A stretch of 60,881 nt of DNA, the filler included, from Porpidia crustulata (Eukaryota): NCBI GenBank assembly GCA_964255105.1. It is 7 parts of 7 records of this genome, joined end to end, with 100 filler letters (N's around TTAATTAATTAA, not from the genome) between each part and the next. Parts side by side here need not be neighbours in the genome. Positions count along the whole stretch, not along the records: positions 17,433 to 26,046 come from CAXUWE010001087.1; positions 26,147 to 34,759 come from CAXUWE010001088.1; positions 34,860 to 43,468 come from CAXUWE010001089.1; 4 more parts are not named here. One strand, given 5' to 3'. Below, piece by piece: positions 23,201-36,648 of the stretch; the first letter of the stretch is position 1, and every line of letters starts with the position of its first letter. Position numbers and translations under genes: made by a program. The notes beneath the pieces were generated by a model, which was not told the origin of the DNA, did not search any database, and worked only from the letters and a program-made list of their open reading frames with translations.

Positions 23201-26046
23201 GGAGGGAGATCTTCAGCATATACATAATTAAGAGTCAATAAATCAAGTTATAGCCTCGCAACCCCGCGATCTACTTTTTAGGCAGTGGTCAGCACGCACT
23301 TTAAAATTAGATCGATTGTACCTGGAAGATGATATATCAAGAATCAAGAACCTCATTCCCAATCGCACGTCTATAATGGCATGCTCACCGATTCCGTCCT
23401 GAGCGTATGAAAGAGGAACCGAGGGCTTGAGCTTGTGGAGTCCACTATGTAGAGGGGCGCAGGCTCATGACGGCCACCGTGTACTCAAGATTTAATTAAT
23501 TACCTGACTAGGATTCGAGGTGGAATTAGTGGAAGCGCCCAAAACGTCTAGTATAGCAAACCATCAAGATAAAGTTCTCTATTGGGAAGCCTCGTATACT
23601 CAGTGGGGCAATGATAGGCTCTGTCACCCCTGATCCGCGCATCTAGAAAGAATCAGGCTGCAAGCGTGGCTTGCAGGGCCCATTTCGCACGAAAATCCAT
23701 AACGGTCAAGCGTTGTACCTCAATCCGAGTGTCATGCACCTCCACCTTTATTTCTTGATTATGTGAAGTGTGATGAGCGCGAGAAACGGATTCATCGTGA
23801 TGATAACGGCTTAATTGATACCTAATTTATCTCAATTTAGTGACTCCGTATTAATCTCTACTCTTCCACTCCTCACGCGAAGGGCAATACCGCAGAACTC
23901 AATCCTCATTAAATTTACAATTATATCTACAGAACACATTATCTGAACGCGATAAAGTCAAGTGATGATGAACGCGAAAATTGAGATTGAACGACAGACT
24001 GTCAGACTACGTAGAATCATCGAAAATGCTTCTTGAAACAATCATCAAATCTGATTTGTATGAACAAGGACCGAGTTTTTCGATATGGATTTTTCTGCCC
24101 CCGCGTGATCCCTTTTGAAATTATCGCATCTACTATCCTGATGCCTTCTTTCGTATCGGCTGACGGCAATTCCGACATCAACCTCCTGAAAGCTGTAGTT
24201 TTGACAGCGGTCCATTGCATTGCTGCTCCCTGCCCTTCAATGACCACTAATTATCTCGGCTGTAGCTTTGTCCGACTATCAACTCTGCGTAAAGTACTCA
24301 TGCAATTGGCGGCAAAACAGCTTCCATGCCCGAGAATTCCATTTCATCGCACTCTGTACACTGGATCCGCTTTGTCCAAGCGCGGCCAGTTGTACGGCTA
24401 ATCGCAGATCTAGATACTTTGCTGTCATGATCAAGCATATCGTGGTCCTGCATGATAAGCACCGTACGGCCAATTGCTTAACAGATACCCTGATATACAT
24501 ATGCTGCTATGCAGCTATCTTGTCGCCCTTGCGCATTCGCAGCGACCTAGCACCGACTACTAAGGCAGGTATCAACCGCAGCAGCTCAGGTGCATGATTG
24601 CATCTCGATCCAATTAACATCCAATGTGGGGAGATGAAGTTTTCGTTCCCCGACATCCAACCTTATCCCTGGTCTCCTCTGCCCACCTTTCCCCCCACGC
24701 CGCATACATGCAGCTGTCAAAGCTGCAGGAATCTGCGCCCGTCGCCGTCGTTCTCTTCGTCCCATCTACTCCAAGTACAACAGTCAGTGTATTGAAGCGC
24801 CACCATTGTGCTGTCACTGCAGCAACGCGCAGCTGTGTCTCCAAGGTGCCAATCAGTCTTCACACACTGGAACCGATTTTGACTTTTGCGCATCCAAGGA
24901 GAATAACGTCCCGCACAACGAGAAAGGATTTGGGCATCACCTCGGGTCAGACGGTCATTGGCCCTGCAACACCCTGCAGAACGGGTTTACCGTTCCGTCG
25001 TACAGATCTCGATCTTGAAATGATCCTTCATCAATAACAATGCTGTATCTGGCGAGCGTGGGATCGTTGGAGTCGGTGCTGACCAGTGGCCATCGGCCGG
25101 CAAAGGCGGGACTTGAATCCCCCCAATTGAGGAGCAGCAAGAGCGGCAAGATCATTTGATTGCATGTTAGCTGCATCAGAAACAGGATGAGAGATCCGTA
25201 AACATCCAGTCCGAGATATACACACCTCCTTGATCACGGCGTAGTGGATGCAAGAAGGAGGCCCAAACTCAACAAGGCAATCTATTTCATCCATGCACCA
25301 GCACCGATTAGGATGTCGCAACCAACGATAACGTCTATATTCGCTTCCACCCATTGGCCGTCTGTCAAGATTGCCGTTGAGCTTCACTGCGGATGCTTCG
25401 CCCGCTCCGCCTGCTTCTACACCTAATGGATCTCGATTAACCACGCTGTCGGTTTGATTTTCTTTGCGTTTCTTGATTGACCGATGAATAATTGAAACGT
25501 AAGAGTGACGCCAGGCTCATTCGCTATTCGACAGTCTGTTCAGCCGTCAACCTTTTCCAGCAGGCGGTTTAATTGACATCGTCATCGACAGTTCATTCAA
25601 GGTCCCAGTTTACGAATCCAGCGTTTTTTAATCATCAAGCCGGTCAGCTTATTCCAACCTCAGATCTTCGCTCAGCATGTCTGGACTGTACGATGTAGTA
25701 AGCGCGTGGAGAACTCATCACATATTGAGATAACCAGGGTATCTTATCCAGCATCCTCCTTTTCATTTGCATAGCTTCTCCTTTCACAGCCAGCTTGTCC
25801 AGCATCCTGCTCCATCTAGGATTTGGTACATTGAATTCAGAAAAGAAAATCCTCTCACACGTCCCATAACCTCACGATTCAATATCTTCTGCATTCCTTC
25901 GAGAATCTCTCAATCGTTTCCATTCCCTACTCTTACTCTAACCATCTACATTTCCCTTTCACCCCCCCCCTCAACATTACTTTTCTACAGTTTCCCCCCG
26001 CGCAGGCGCTTTCCCATCTGCACCCTTCCATCGATCGCCATCATGG

Positions 26047-26146
26047 NNNNNNNNNNNNNNNNNNNNNNNNNNNNNNNNNNNNNNNNNNNNTTAATTAATT
26101 AANNNNNNNNNNNNNNNNNNNNNNNNNNNNNNNNNNNNNNNNNNNN
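26047..26146. other. Artificial contig linker
   Basis: N44-TTAATTAATTAA-N44. Confidence 0.98.
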
Positions 26147-26188
26147 GAAAAGGAGACGGGATGAAAAGGAGACGGGATGAAAAGGAGA
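26147..26188. repeat. 16-bp tandem repeat GAAAAGGAGACGGGAT, about 2.6 copies, cut by contig start
   Basis: Directly visible. Confidence 0.85.
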
Positions 26189-26573
26189 GGGAGGGTTTGT
26201 GTGCTCGATGGGGTGGGGGGAGGCCAGTCAGGAGCGTTGGGGAGACTATCGATCTTGACGGTTGACGGAGGACTCGAAAGTAAATGGATGATGTTGAATC
26301 TTCGGCGCGAGTTGACCATGGCTGCAGACTTCTTCTCTGGCTGCTAAGTATCCCTCTCGTACCGGTCAAAGTCGAGGTATGAAAGGAAGGCTTAAGGTGG
26401 TTCCTTGGGTTGATTCCTTGCAGCCGAAGGCTTTGCTTTCGTTGCGAGACATGCTTGACCAAGTACATGAGTGAGGTTTACGTGCCCACACTTCGCCATC
26501 GCCATGCTGAGCGCTCGCTCTCGACTTTCGCCACACTTCTATACCGCGCAACCACTGCAACTGCTCCGTACCT

Positions 26574-28154
26574 TTAGGCGTAGAAATTGACTGCAAGATC
26601 TCGGCGTCAGCGCCCCTTTCACAGAACGAGCAACTTCTAAGAATAACTTACCAGTGTCCTTCTTCTTCGCCTGCACTTCCGCAATCGCATCGACGTAATG
26701 CTCATGCCCAATCTTCACCATCCCCTTTCTCAATGCAATCATTCCCGCCTCCACACACACCGCCTTCAACTGAGCACCTCCGAACTCGTCCGTGCTCCTC
26801 GCCAACTCCGGCCAATTCACGGCCTCGTCCACCGTCATCTTCCGTGAATGTATCTTGAGGATCTGCGCCCGAGCCTCTTCATTTGGTAGCGGGAACTCGA
26901 TCTTTCGATCCAATCTCCCGGAACGCAGCAACGCCGGGTCAAGCACGTCAACGCGGTTTGTGGCAGCGAGGACTTTGACCCGGTCGTCGGAAGCGAAACC
27001 GTCGAGCTGATTGAGCAGCTCCAGCATGGTCCGCTGAACTTCTCTGTCACCGCTCTTTTCGCTGTCGAAGCGCTTGGTGCCGACGGCGTCGAGCTCGTCG
27101 ATGAAGATGATGGAAGGGGCTTTTTCTTTGGCGAGAGCGAAGCAGTCGCGGACAAGCTTGGCGCCATCGCCGATGAACATTTGGACGAGTTGGGGGCCGG
27201 CGAGCTTAAGGAAGGTGGCGTCGGTTTGGGCGGCACAGGCACGGGCGAGGAGTGTTTTGCCAGTGCCAGGAGGTCCGTACATGAGAGCACCTAAGGGATT
27301 CAATGGGTCAGGAGAAACTTGTGGTCTTTATTTGCAATGGAATGGTACCTACCTTTCGGCGCCTTGATGCCAATTTTCTTGAAGCGTTCAGCTTCTTTCA
27401 TTGGCCACACAACAGCTTCAACAAGCTCCTCTATTTGCTTGTCCAGCCCACCCACATCTGTGTACTTCTCCGTAGGCTTCTCATCAACTTCCATAGCCTT
27501 CACTCTGCTGTCGTACTCCGCAGGTAGTGTGTCGAGGACAAGGTATGAATCTTTGTTGACACCAATCAGGTCGCCAGGTTTGAGAGTAGTATGATCGACA
27601 AGACCAATAAGGGGAAGGAAGATTGTCTGGCGTGTGGAAGTCTTGATGACAGCAGATTTGCCGATGCGGGTTGCGTCGAGGTCAATATTTGCGCCCTCCT
27701 CTGCTGCTTCCTTTTCGACATCTAAATCTAGCAACTCCACGACATTGCCAACAAGGTATGGCAGTTGTCTAGATTTGCCATTAACCTCGTCACGGCCCAC
27801 TGCACATTGGTGAAGGGAAGATGATGTCGCTCACCTGTTGTTCTCAATTTTCTCTAGATTGTCCTTTATTTTCTCCTTCATGGCACCTTGCTCGTGCATT
27901 AATCGCTGAAATTCACTCTTCATGATCCGCATATCATTGTCCAGCAGTCGTTTCCGCATCATTATGTCTCTTGTACTTGAGTGTAGAATCTCGGTATCTA
28001 TAAGCTCCTCTTCTTCCTTCTTCTCGCCCTCAACATCCTTCATTTCTGCATCACCATCTTTGTCTGATTTCTTCCCGTCCTTCTCGCCCTCGTCTTTTTT
28101 CTTCTCCTCCTTTCCCTCGCGCTCAATATCATCGAGATCTTCTAACGTGGACAT
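26574..28154 (-). CDS. RPT5: 26S proteasome regulatory AAA-ATPase subunit 6A (4 exons)
   Basis: [58 protein letters not shown] and a spliced C-terminus VNFYA (HbYX motif). Confidence 0.97.
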
Positions 28155-28536
28155 GGTGACAGGGGACTATAATACGTGTTGCTTTCAGAAGCCACAAAGG
28201 GATAGGCGAAGAGTTTAGGATATTTGGCAGGCTTTCGTAGTAGCTGGTGTAGTATGAGTCGTTGTGAATGAGGTTGTAGCTATTACACTAAGGAGTCTGA
28301 GCTTTGGAGATGAAGCTTACGATACCAAAGATGCCTAGAGGTATTTTCCTCAACACACTAAGATAACGATAAAATCGCAGCTCACAAAAACATGATTAGA
28401 AATTTGGGACTTATTTCTCTAATCTATGTGCAAGATCAGACTCAATACGGTAGATCGCGAATGAACGTCGACTTTATATTTTCTATCTTTTTTTTCACAC
28501 TTTATAGAATCATATAAGCTCAAAAAATATTCGTCA

Positions 28537-28608
28537 GACACCTTGGCCTAATGGCAAGGCGTTGCTTTCCGGTGGCAAAGATTGGGAGTTCGAATCTCCC
28601 AGGTGTCG
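28537..28608 (+). tRNA. tRNA-Arg(CCG)
   Basis: 72-nt cloverleaf: acceptor GACACCT/AGGTGTC, anticodon arm TTGCT-TTCCGGT-GGCAA, T arm GGGAG-TTCGAAT-CTCCC. A T-run follows shortly downstream. Confidence 0.95.
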
Positions 28609-28663
28609 CACCAACTTTATTTTTCATCCTTTCGACAATAAGATAAAGTTCACATCGGTAGTA

Positions 28664-28787
28664 CTTGAGTCAACTGCCAGCTCGGCCAAACCCGCAGCTC
28701 GGCCATCACACCAATTGTTAGGGTTACAGGACTTGATTTCAGCTACCATGGCCTAGCTGCGGATTTGGCCGAACTGGCTGAAAATGT
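28664..28787. mobile_element. MITE-like element with 30-bp imperfect inverted repeats
   Basis: 28677-28706 matches the reverse complement of 28748-28777 at 27 of 30 positions. Each arm has an internal 17-nt-period direct repeat. TA flanks both sides. Confidence 0.65.
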
Positions 28788-28850
28788 TACTCCCTTAGAT
28801 ATCACCTCCTGATGCGGTATATATATAGAATCATCGTCCATTTGAGACAA

Positions 28851-29873
28851 TCATAGATGGCTTTTCTCAACCGCGCACTTCATAAGCGCTCTTCCGTTGC
28901 TTAAAACCACTTTGCCACCCTCGACCCTGGTAATAAACCTCACTTCCTCCCACCCATCGTTGAATTGACCAGTCCTCCAAATTTCAGTTATAAGTTTGTC
29001 GCCTGGTCTGACTGGCGCGGCGAATCTTGCTTGGAACTCTTTTATGTTGGCTGGATCACTGCCTCCCACTGTCTGTAGCAAGCCGTGGCATGCAGCGTTC
29101 CACGAGAAGAGTCCATGCATAATGGTGCCCCCAAATCCCATCTTCTCGCCTGGTCCAGGCGTTGCATGGAGAGGATTGTAGTCACCATTGAGTCTATGAT
29201 TGGTCAGCCAGCCAAAACTACTGTTGGTATTCAATACCATACCTGTATAGTAGGGCGGCTTCCTTGGTGATTTGAAGCGTGTGTACTCTGTCTGGTTTCT
29301 TGCCTTCGGGAGGTGGGAAATTTACGGTAGCGGGGCCTTATTTATCATCAGTTTTTGGCTCCTGCCCATACGTCGCCGTATCCCACCTTTTGGCCCACCC
29401 CAGTTTCCTTGCCCAACGAAGAATGCGCTTCCCACGGCTTTGGTATATACATCCCCACCCTTTTCCGCCAGCACAAGCTCAGTCTCAACCACGCTTCCTG
29501 CCTTCCCTTTGTCATATACTCCAAGTACCTTTGATCGAAGCTCAAACTTTCTTCCCGCGCTTGTGGGTGGTAAAGGTTTCAGGAAGGTCATCGAGCGTTG
29601 TCCATCAACCACACGGCGGCTATCGAACTTCGGAACATTAGGGATAGGCGTAGCACCTGATCGGGCGTAAAAATCGACAACTTCTTGATCCGTATGCTTA
29701 AATGGAAGAATGATCGGGTATGTTGGGAAGACTTGAAATTTGGGATGTAGTTCGAACAGATAGTGAAGCTCTTCAGCCGTGGCTCCGATGCTGTTAGCAA
29801 ATAGGAGGACATCCCTTTTCAGCCATGAGACTTCCTCGGATGGATACTCAAAACCTTCCCCTGGTCCACCCAT
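28851..29873 (-). CDS. Peroxisomal MaoC-like dehydratase / enoyl-CoA hydratase 2 (3 exons)
   Basis: YR|LNGDYNPLH and IMHGLFSW hydratase-2 motif, YDKGK motif, C-terminal PTS1-like SHL, two canonical introns. Confidence 0.92.
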
Positions 29874-30210
29874 TTTGACCTAAGTCTGAGGATCCAGATT
29901 GAGGGTATGCAGAAATTTGCTGTACGAATGTATGAGAGACGTCGCATCAATGACAGTCAGCTCGGGGAGCTTTCAGACTATTGCTGGGGTAGCTGAGATC
30001 GTTACCGAGGCATCGGCGATTGCGGACCTAAGCATTCCATGATCGTAATAAGAACGATGTGAAGCTGCCCGGTACAGGAATCGATCTCCCTTAAGTCCTA
30101 GCAAAGGAAGCGGGAAGTCCGACTCGCCCTCTTGCAAAATTCTTTGACTCAGACCAATGGAGGTATAGATCAAGTACCAAGGATGCCATAATGTGGACAG
30201 CCAGTGTTGA

Positions 30211-30912
30211 ATGCCATCATTGATGATCCTGCTTTCCCGCCCTCTACTGCCCTGCAGGCTTTCCGCTCACATCATTCGACATCTCGAATCCAAGGTTACG
30301 CTTGATCGTACAACTATGTTGACGACGAAGGGTTTGGATAGTAGTCCCGTTTTCTTCTGGATGCCCGACCAGCATGACTATGGATTCCTCTCCCAATGGT
30401 ATCATGCCCCCTTTACCGTACCGGCCTCTTCCCCTTCCAGTCCTCTAATGACTTTCCTGAATACCGAACAATATATGATGTACCACAAAGCGATGGTTTT
30501 CCAAAATACAGAGATTGCTGAGAAAATCATGGCTGTGACGACGCCATCTGAACACAAAGCATTGGGAAGACAGGTCAAAAATTTTGACAGGGAGAAGTGG
30601 GCGCAGCATAGAGACAGGATTGTGATGGAGGGAAATTGGAATAAGTTCAGAAATGCGAAGCAAGGATCAGGATTAGAGCAATTGCTGTTAGAGACAGGGA
30701 AGAGGGAACTAGTTGAGGCAAGTAATGTTACGAGACAGCTGAGGATGTATAAGCTGAGGAACTACTAGGCTTCTCCCGAAGATAGAATATGGGGTATCGG
30801 TTATGACGCAGAGAATGCGGAAGCGAATCGGCCGGATTGGGGATTGAATCTGATGGGCAAAGCGATAACCAGAGTCAGAGAACGACTAATCGTTGAGAGG
30901 ACACATTCGTAG
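30211..30912 (+). CDS. NADAR (YbiA-like) family protein (2 exons, GC-AG intron)
   Basis: GFLSQWY, EQYMMYHKA, KALGRQVKNFD, ELVE|ASPEDRIWGIG and WGLNLMGKA motifs. Intron 30718-30768. Alternative start at 30316. Confidence 0.9.
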
Positions 30913-31211
30913 AGCAGCAAGTGCGATCTTAGCCAAGAAAAACCATTCCATATGATTCTCGAACGCAAATATCAGTGCATCTCAAAATCCTGGTATCTAT
31001 AGAAAAAGGCCAACAAAACTTGGAATCTTTTGAAGCAATTGGAACTCGCTATGCTGACCCCTTGATGCTGCGCCTGATGCTCGCTAGGAAAATTTCAATA
31101 GCGACTATCGATATTTGGAAGCTGGAAATAGGTTCCGGCCAGTGTAGCTGTATCAACACCTGTGTAGTGAAAGAAGTCAGAAGCTATATACTTCGAAGGT
31201 AGGATAAATAC

Positions 31212-32552
<1,341 letters not shown>

Positions 32553-32832
32553 GATTACTAAGAAAAGTCTTAGATAACGCAAAGTTCACGAAAGGTGAAC
32601 AGAACAGCTCCAAAGCCTCATTTCCGTAGTTGGGTGTTTATTGATCAACGGTCTCGGCAATTTTTTCGCCTTGTAAGGCCAAAGCTTAGGCTTTCACGAA
32701 AAATGCCTAGACGCTGCAGAGTAATAGTTTCACCGAGAAGCTTTTGATAGCAAATTCTACAAGGTCTTTATCAGATCACTTCTGATAGGTTTGTTATATA
32801 ATATCAATTAGACTACGTTTTGAATCAAAGAA

Positions 32833-32904
32833 GGGGGTGTGGCTCAGTGGTAGAGCGTCCGCTTTGCATGCGGAAGGCCCGGGTTTCGATCACCCGCTCC
32901 TCCA
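32833..32904 (+). tRNA. tRNA-Ala(TGC)
   Basis: 72-nt cloverleaf with the G3:U70 alanine identity pair, anticodon arm TCCGC-TTTGCAT-GCGGA and T arm CGGGT-TTCGATC-ACCCG. Confidence 0.95.
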
Positions 32905-33205
32905 CGCAAGTGTATATAGATGTTGCATTCGTCATTTTTTCCTGACTTGATATACACATTAGTAACATGTTCCAGGAGGTTTCGGTGTTCGTAATTTTGG
33001 AGCCGAATCATCAAGATTCTCTTCACGTTTGAGCAATTGAGCGAATAATGTTACTCATTATGTCCGCACGTCACGCGACGTGCGTGCTATGGCCCAGTCG
33101 CGCTTCCCCTAAAATCAAGGTTTAGCGCGGACGGTGGAATATCATCGGCGCATCGGAGGTCTAAGATTACATATCGATCCTTGCCTTACAGATGTTGATT
33201 GAAAC

Positions 33206-34385
33206 ATGATATTTCGGCTGCTTAGCAGACCGACATTGTGTCTGGTTGCATGCTCACTCCTGGTCCAAAGCCTGATCGGAACCGCAAGCGCTTCACTCGG
33301 GGACAGGCTCCCTGACTTTCGCAAGTGTGTTACTGTACGTGACTTGCCTGCGCTGAAGGAAGGGAAAAAGGCTTATCTATTCCCCCTAGACCTGTGTGGA
33401 TGAGAATTGCAAGTCTGGAAATTCTGCGCTTCGTAAGCTTCTCAGCATTTCCAATTTCCTGGTCCCGTACTCACCGTGCCTAATAAAGCTCTCCACTTAC
33501 GCCTACTGCTCTGGACATGCTCCTCCAATTGCGACTATGTTTGCCAGCATATCATCACCGACCGCCGGGTCTCCCGCGAGCCTCCGATGCTGAGTCCGAT
33601 TGTGCAATACCATGGGAAGTGGCCCTTCCATCGTTTCATGGGCATGCAGGAACCTTTCTCAGTGTTCTTCTCACTCTTGAATTTCCTCGCCCACTACAAC
33701 GGACTGTCAAAAATCCGTGACAAGATGCCTCCACGCTACTCTCTTCGGCCTTTCTATGTTGTCTTGAGCTATATTGGAATGGTGAGTTGGGTGTTCAGCA
33801 TGGTGTTTCACAGCCGGGACTTCAACCTGACAGAGAAAATGGATTACTTTGCCGCTGGAGCAAGTGTACTATATGGATTATACTATACACCAGTGAGACT
33901 TTTCCGGCTAGATCAGAACAGGCCTCCGGTGAAGAGAACGTTACTACGACTTTGGACCATCGTATGCGTGCTTCTGTATATCGCGCATGTCTCTTATCTC
34001 ACCTTCTGGCGATGGGATTATACATATAATATGGCAGCGAATGTGGCCACTGGGGTTGTACATAACGTTCTTTGGAGTTGGTTCAGTGTGCATAGGTACC
34101 AGAAACTGAAAAAGCCTTGGGCGGCTTGGCCGGGTTTGATCGTGGCATGGGTGGTCATGGCGATGAGTTTAGAACTGTTGGACTTTCCGCCGTTGAAGGG
34201 AATGCTGGACGCGCATAGCCTCTGGCATTTAGGCACCGTCGGGCCTACGATCTGGTGGTACAAGTAAGTCCAATTAGTCATAACGCAGCCCTTTCTGCCC
34301 GGACGCGAAGCTGACCCATCCTCTTATCAGCTTTCTGGTGAAGGACGCGCAGCAGGACATGGCTGGGGAAAGGCTCAAAGCATGA
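33206..34385 (+). CDS. PER1: GPI remodelling protein Per1/PGAP3 (4 exons)
   Basis: Signal peptide then ASLGDRLPDFRKC, WTC..NCDY.CQH, QYHGKWPF.R..GMQEP, HSRD..LTEKMDYF and LDAHSLWH. Confidence 0.95.
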
Positions 34386-34759
34386 TGGATCGAAGATGGG
34401 ACTAGGCTGAGTAGCAGGCATTTTAATTGGAAGATCCCATATCGTGTATCACCGCCAATTGCCTACTGCACTCCACATCTCTTTCGTCCCATGCCCGCTT
34501 GGACCTCTCTCTCGCTTTCTCTCTCTTTGAATCTCCTGTTCTGAATACGACTTTGCCTGCTGACCACAGAGCACGCTCCAGCATCAGCTGAGAAGAGACA
34601 CGGGAAGGCCTGCACCTTGGGTTGCTGTTCTTAGGCTATCTCGGTGCAAGGATGTGGATTGTGGGTGGCCCGAGCTTTCTTTTGCATCCGCGCTACTGAT
34701 GTACCTGATTCCGTACGACTAGCGTGTGAGGTAATATTCAAACGTGGGGGGACCAGGGG

Positions 34760-34859
34760 NNNNNNNNNNNNNNNNNNNNNNNNNNNNNNNNNNNNNNNNN
34801 NNNTTAATTAATTAANNNNNNNNNNNNNNNNNNNNNNNNNNNNNNNNNNNNNNNNNNNN
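34760..34859. other. Artificial contig linker
   Basis: N44-TTAATTAATTAA-N44. Confidence 0.98.
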
Positions 34860-35662
34860 GTATGCGACGGTTTGGGAGGGATGGGCGTGGGCAGCGGGGT
34901 CACGGTCGGGGATGCGGCGGATGCGGGGGCGCCTGTGACGGTAGGGCCGGCGACGGAGGTCGAGCTTGTTTGGTTCGCCGGTGTGACGACGCCGTCTTTG
35001 AGGAAGAAGCCGTTACCTTGCTGACAGCAGCGAGTGGCGTTTTCGTTGATGGCTTGGTTGACCGTGCCGCAGCAGTAGGAGCCGTTGTCGCACTGTTTTA
35101 CTTCTTCCACGCTTCGTGAATCTTTGCCTTCGTCGTCTGGACCGCGTTAGAATAATCAGTGATACCGTCCTCGATTGAATCAAAGTCAAGCAAAATAGAG
35201 TGGAGCGCGATGCTTACCGAGACCTGTGTTGCACAGCTTGACGCAACTAGGGCTTTTCCAGGTCTGATCGGTGCACGAGCTTCTGTAGATACCTGCTTGC
35301 AGGCCCAAGGATGGCGTTGTGACATTTTGCAGGCAGAGGCCGTTGCCAAGGCAGCGATTTGTAAAGGGCCATTTCGTTTTGCAGCACATGGCATAGCCAT
35401 CATTGCCGAGGGAGATGGGGCAGGCTTCATAGAAATCGTTCGCTGGGTTGTCACCGCCAGTCCCAAGACCTGCAGAGTGCGATCAGTATGAGAGGCGTCA
35501 AATAGTAATTGAATGACGAGGGTTGTGTGTGATATGGCAAAACGTACCATTGGCATCGTAACATTTGGCTGATGCTGTCGTGAGAATGGAGGAAGACAGT
35601 AAAATCAGCAGAGGGCAAAGATTGTAGAAAGATGATCTCCTTGCACAACACATCATATACAT
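34860..35662 (-). CDS. Cys-rich cell-surface protein with Ser/Thr/Pro stalk, 3'-truncated by contig end
   Basis: Signal peptide then CYDANG|, MCC...CLGNGLC, YRSSCTDQTW.SPSC.KLC and C.NGSYCCG. Two introns. Confidence 0.8.
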
Positions 35663-36648
35663 ATCTGATCTTGAATCCCACAGAAACGCCAAAGATGGAA
35701 GGATTAAGGTGTTGCGGCGTCAATTGCACACAGCAGAAGCACGACATCGAAAAGATTCTTCCATCCTTCCAACTAATATTACTCTTCTGGTTGTCAAGAA
35801 GAGGATACCTATCCCTCGACATTGAGACTAAGCGCTAAAACTTGCAAGGAAAGGTATAGCGTAGGATCTGACACTGCATAGCCATGAGCGATCGACTTTT
35901 CCTGCACGCTTTAACAAGGCTAAAGAAGCGTCTTTCGGCATGGCTGTGACTGTAAGAAGCCTCACTTCCTCAGTGCCTCTATGCTCCGTAGCAGACTACG
36001 TTTCAGATGTGGTTCACCCTTGATCCTCGGTTGAGCAGTTGGGAAGTCTGTGTAGAGTTTGACTGTTCGAGAGTCCATGGCTGTGGACTTGGGATTGAGG
36101 TGCTGCGGATAAGAATATTTAGCGTCGCTTAAATCCAACAACCCTAAAATAACCTGTGAGTACCTATGAGCGATCTACTCGTGCAAATCTATCCACTCAA
36201 TCACCCAAAGGCTTTAGTGCTTCAATTCTAGTAGAGTCCAGATATTTCGAAGTATCTGACTGGCAATCTTCAATTTGAACGTGTCATATCCTAGCTGCTT
36301 TGAGCCCGAGTAAAGGTATAAGTGTGGCCACAGGTTCCTACGTACCATCATTCATCTATACTTACTGCGTCCGTGGAATCGGTGATGATAGGTATGATGG
36401 CTTGCGAGGGAGGGATCCGAACGGGAACATATCATGGCTGTCAGTAGGAAGTCCTCATAAGATCGGATATTCAACTATCGTCAGCTAGATACGAGAGATA
36501 CGGGCTGTCCCTCAACACAAGAGATGGTTGAGCTGCACCCATCTAAATCCATGCGTCCAGCAGGCTAGATTTCGAATCTATTCGGAGGCGGGCAGAATTT
36601 ACATGTCCACTGTGCCCAGTTCACAACATCGCCCACTCTTTACATCGC

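Noticed and set aside
33066..33083. GCACGTC-N4-GACGTGC palindrome in the PER1 promoter as a UPR/bZIP site
   Set aside because: Plausible but too short to distinguish from chance without conservation data.
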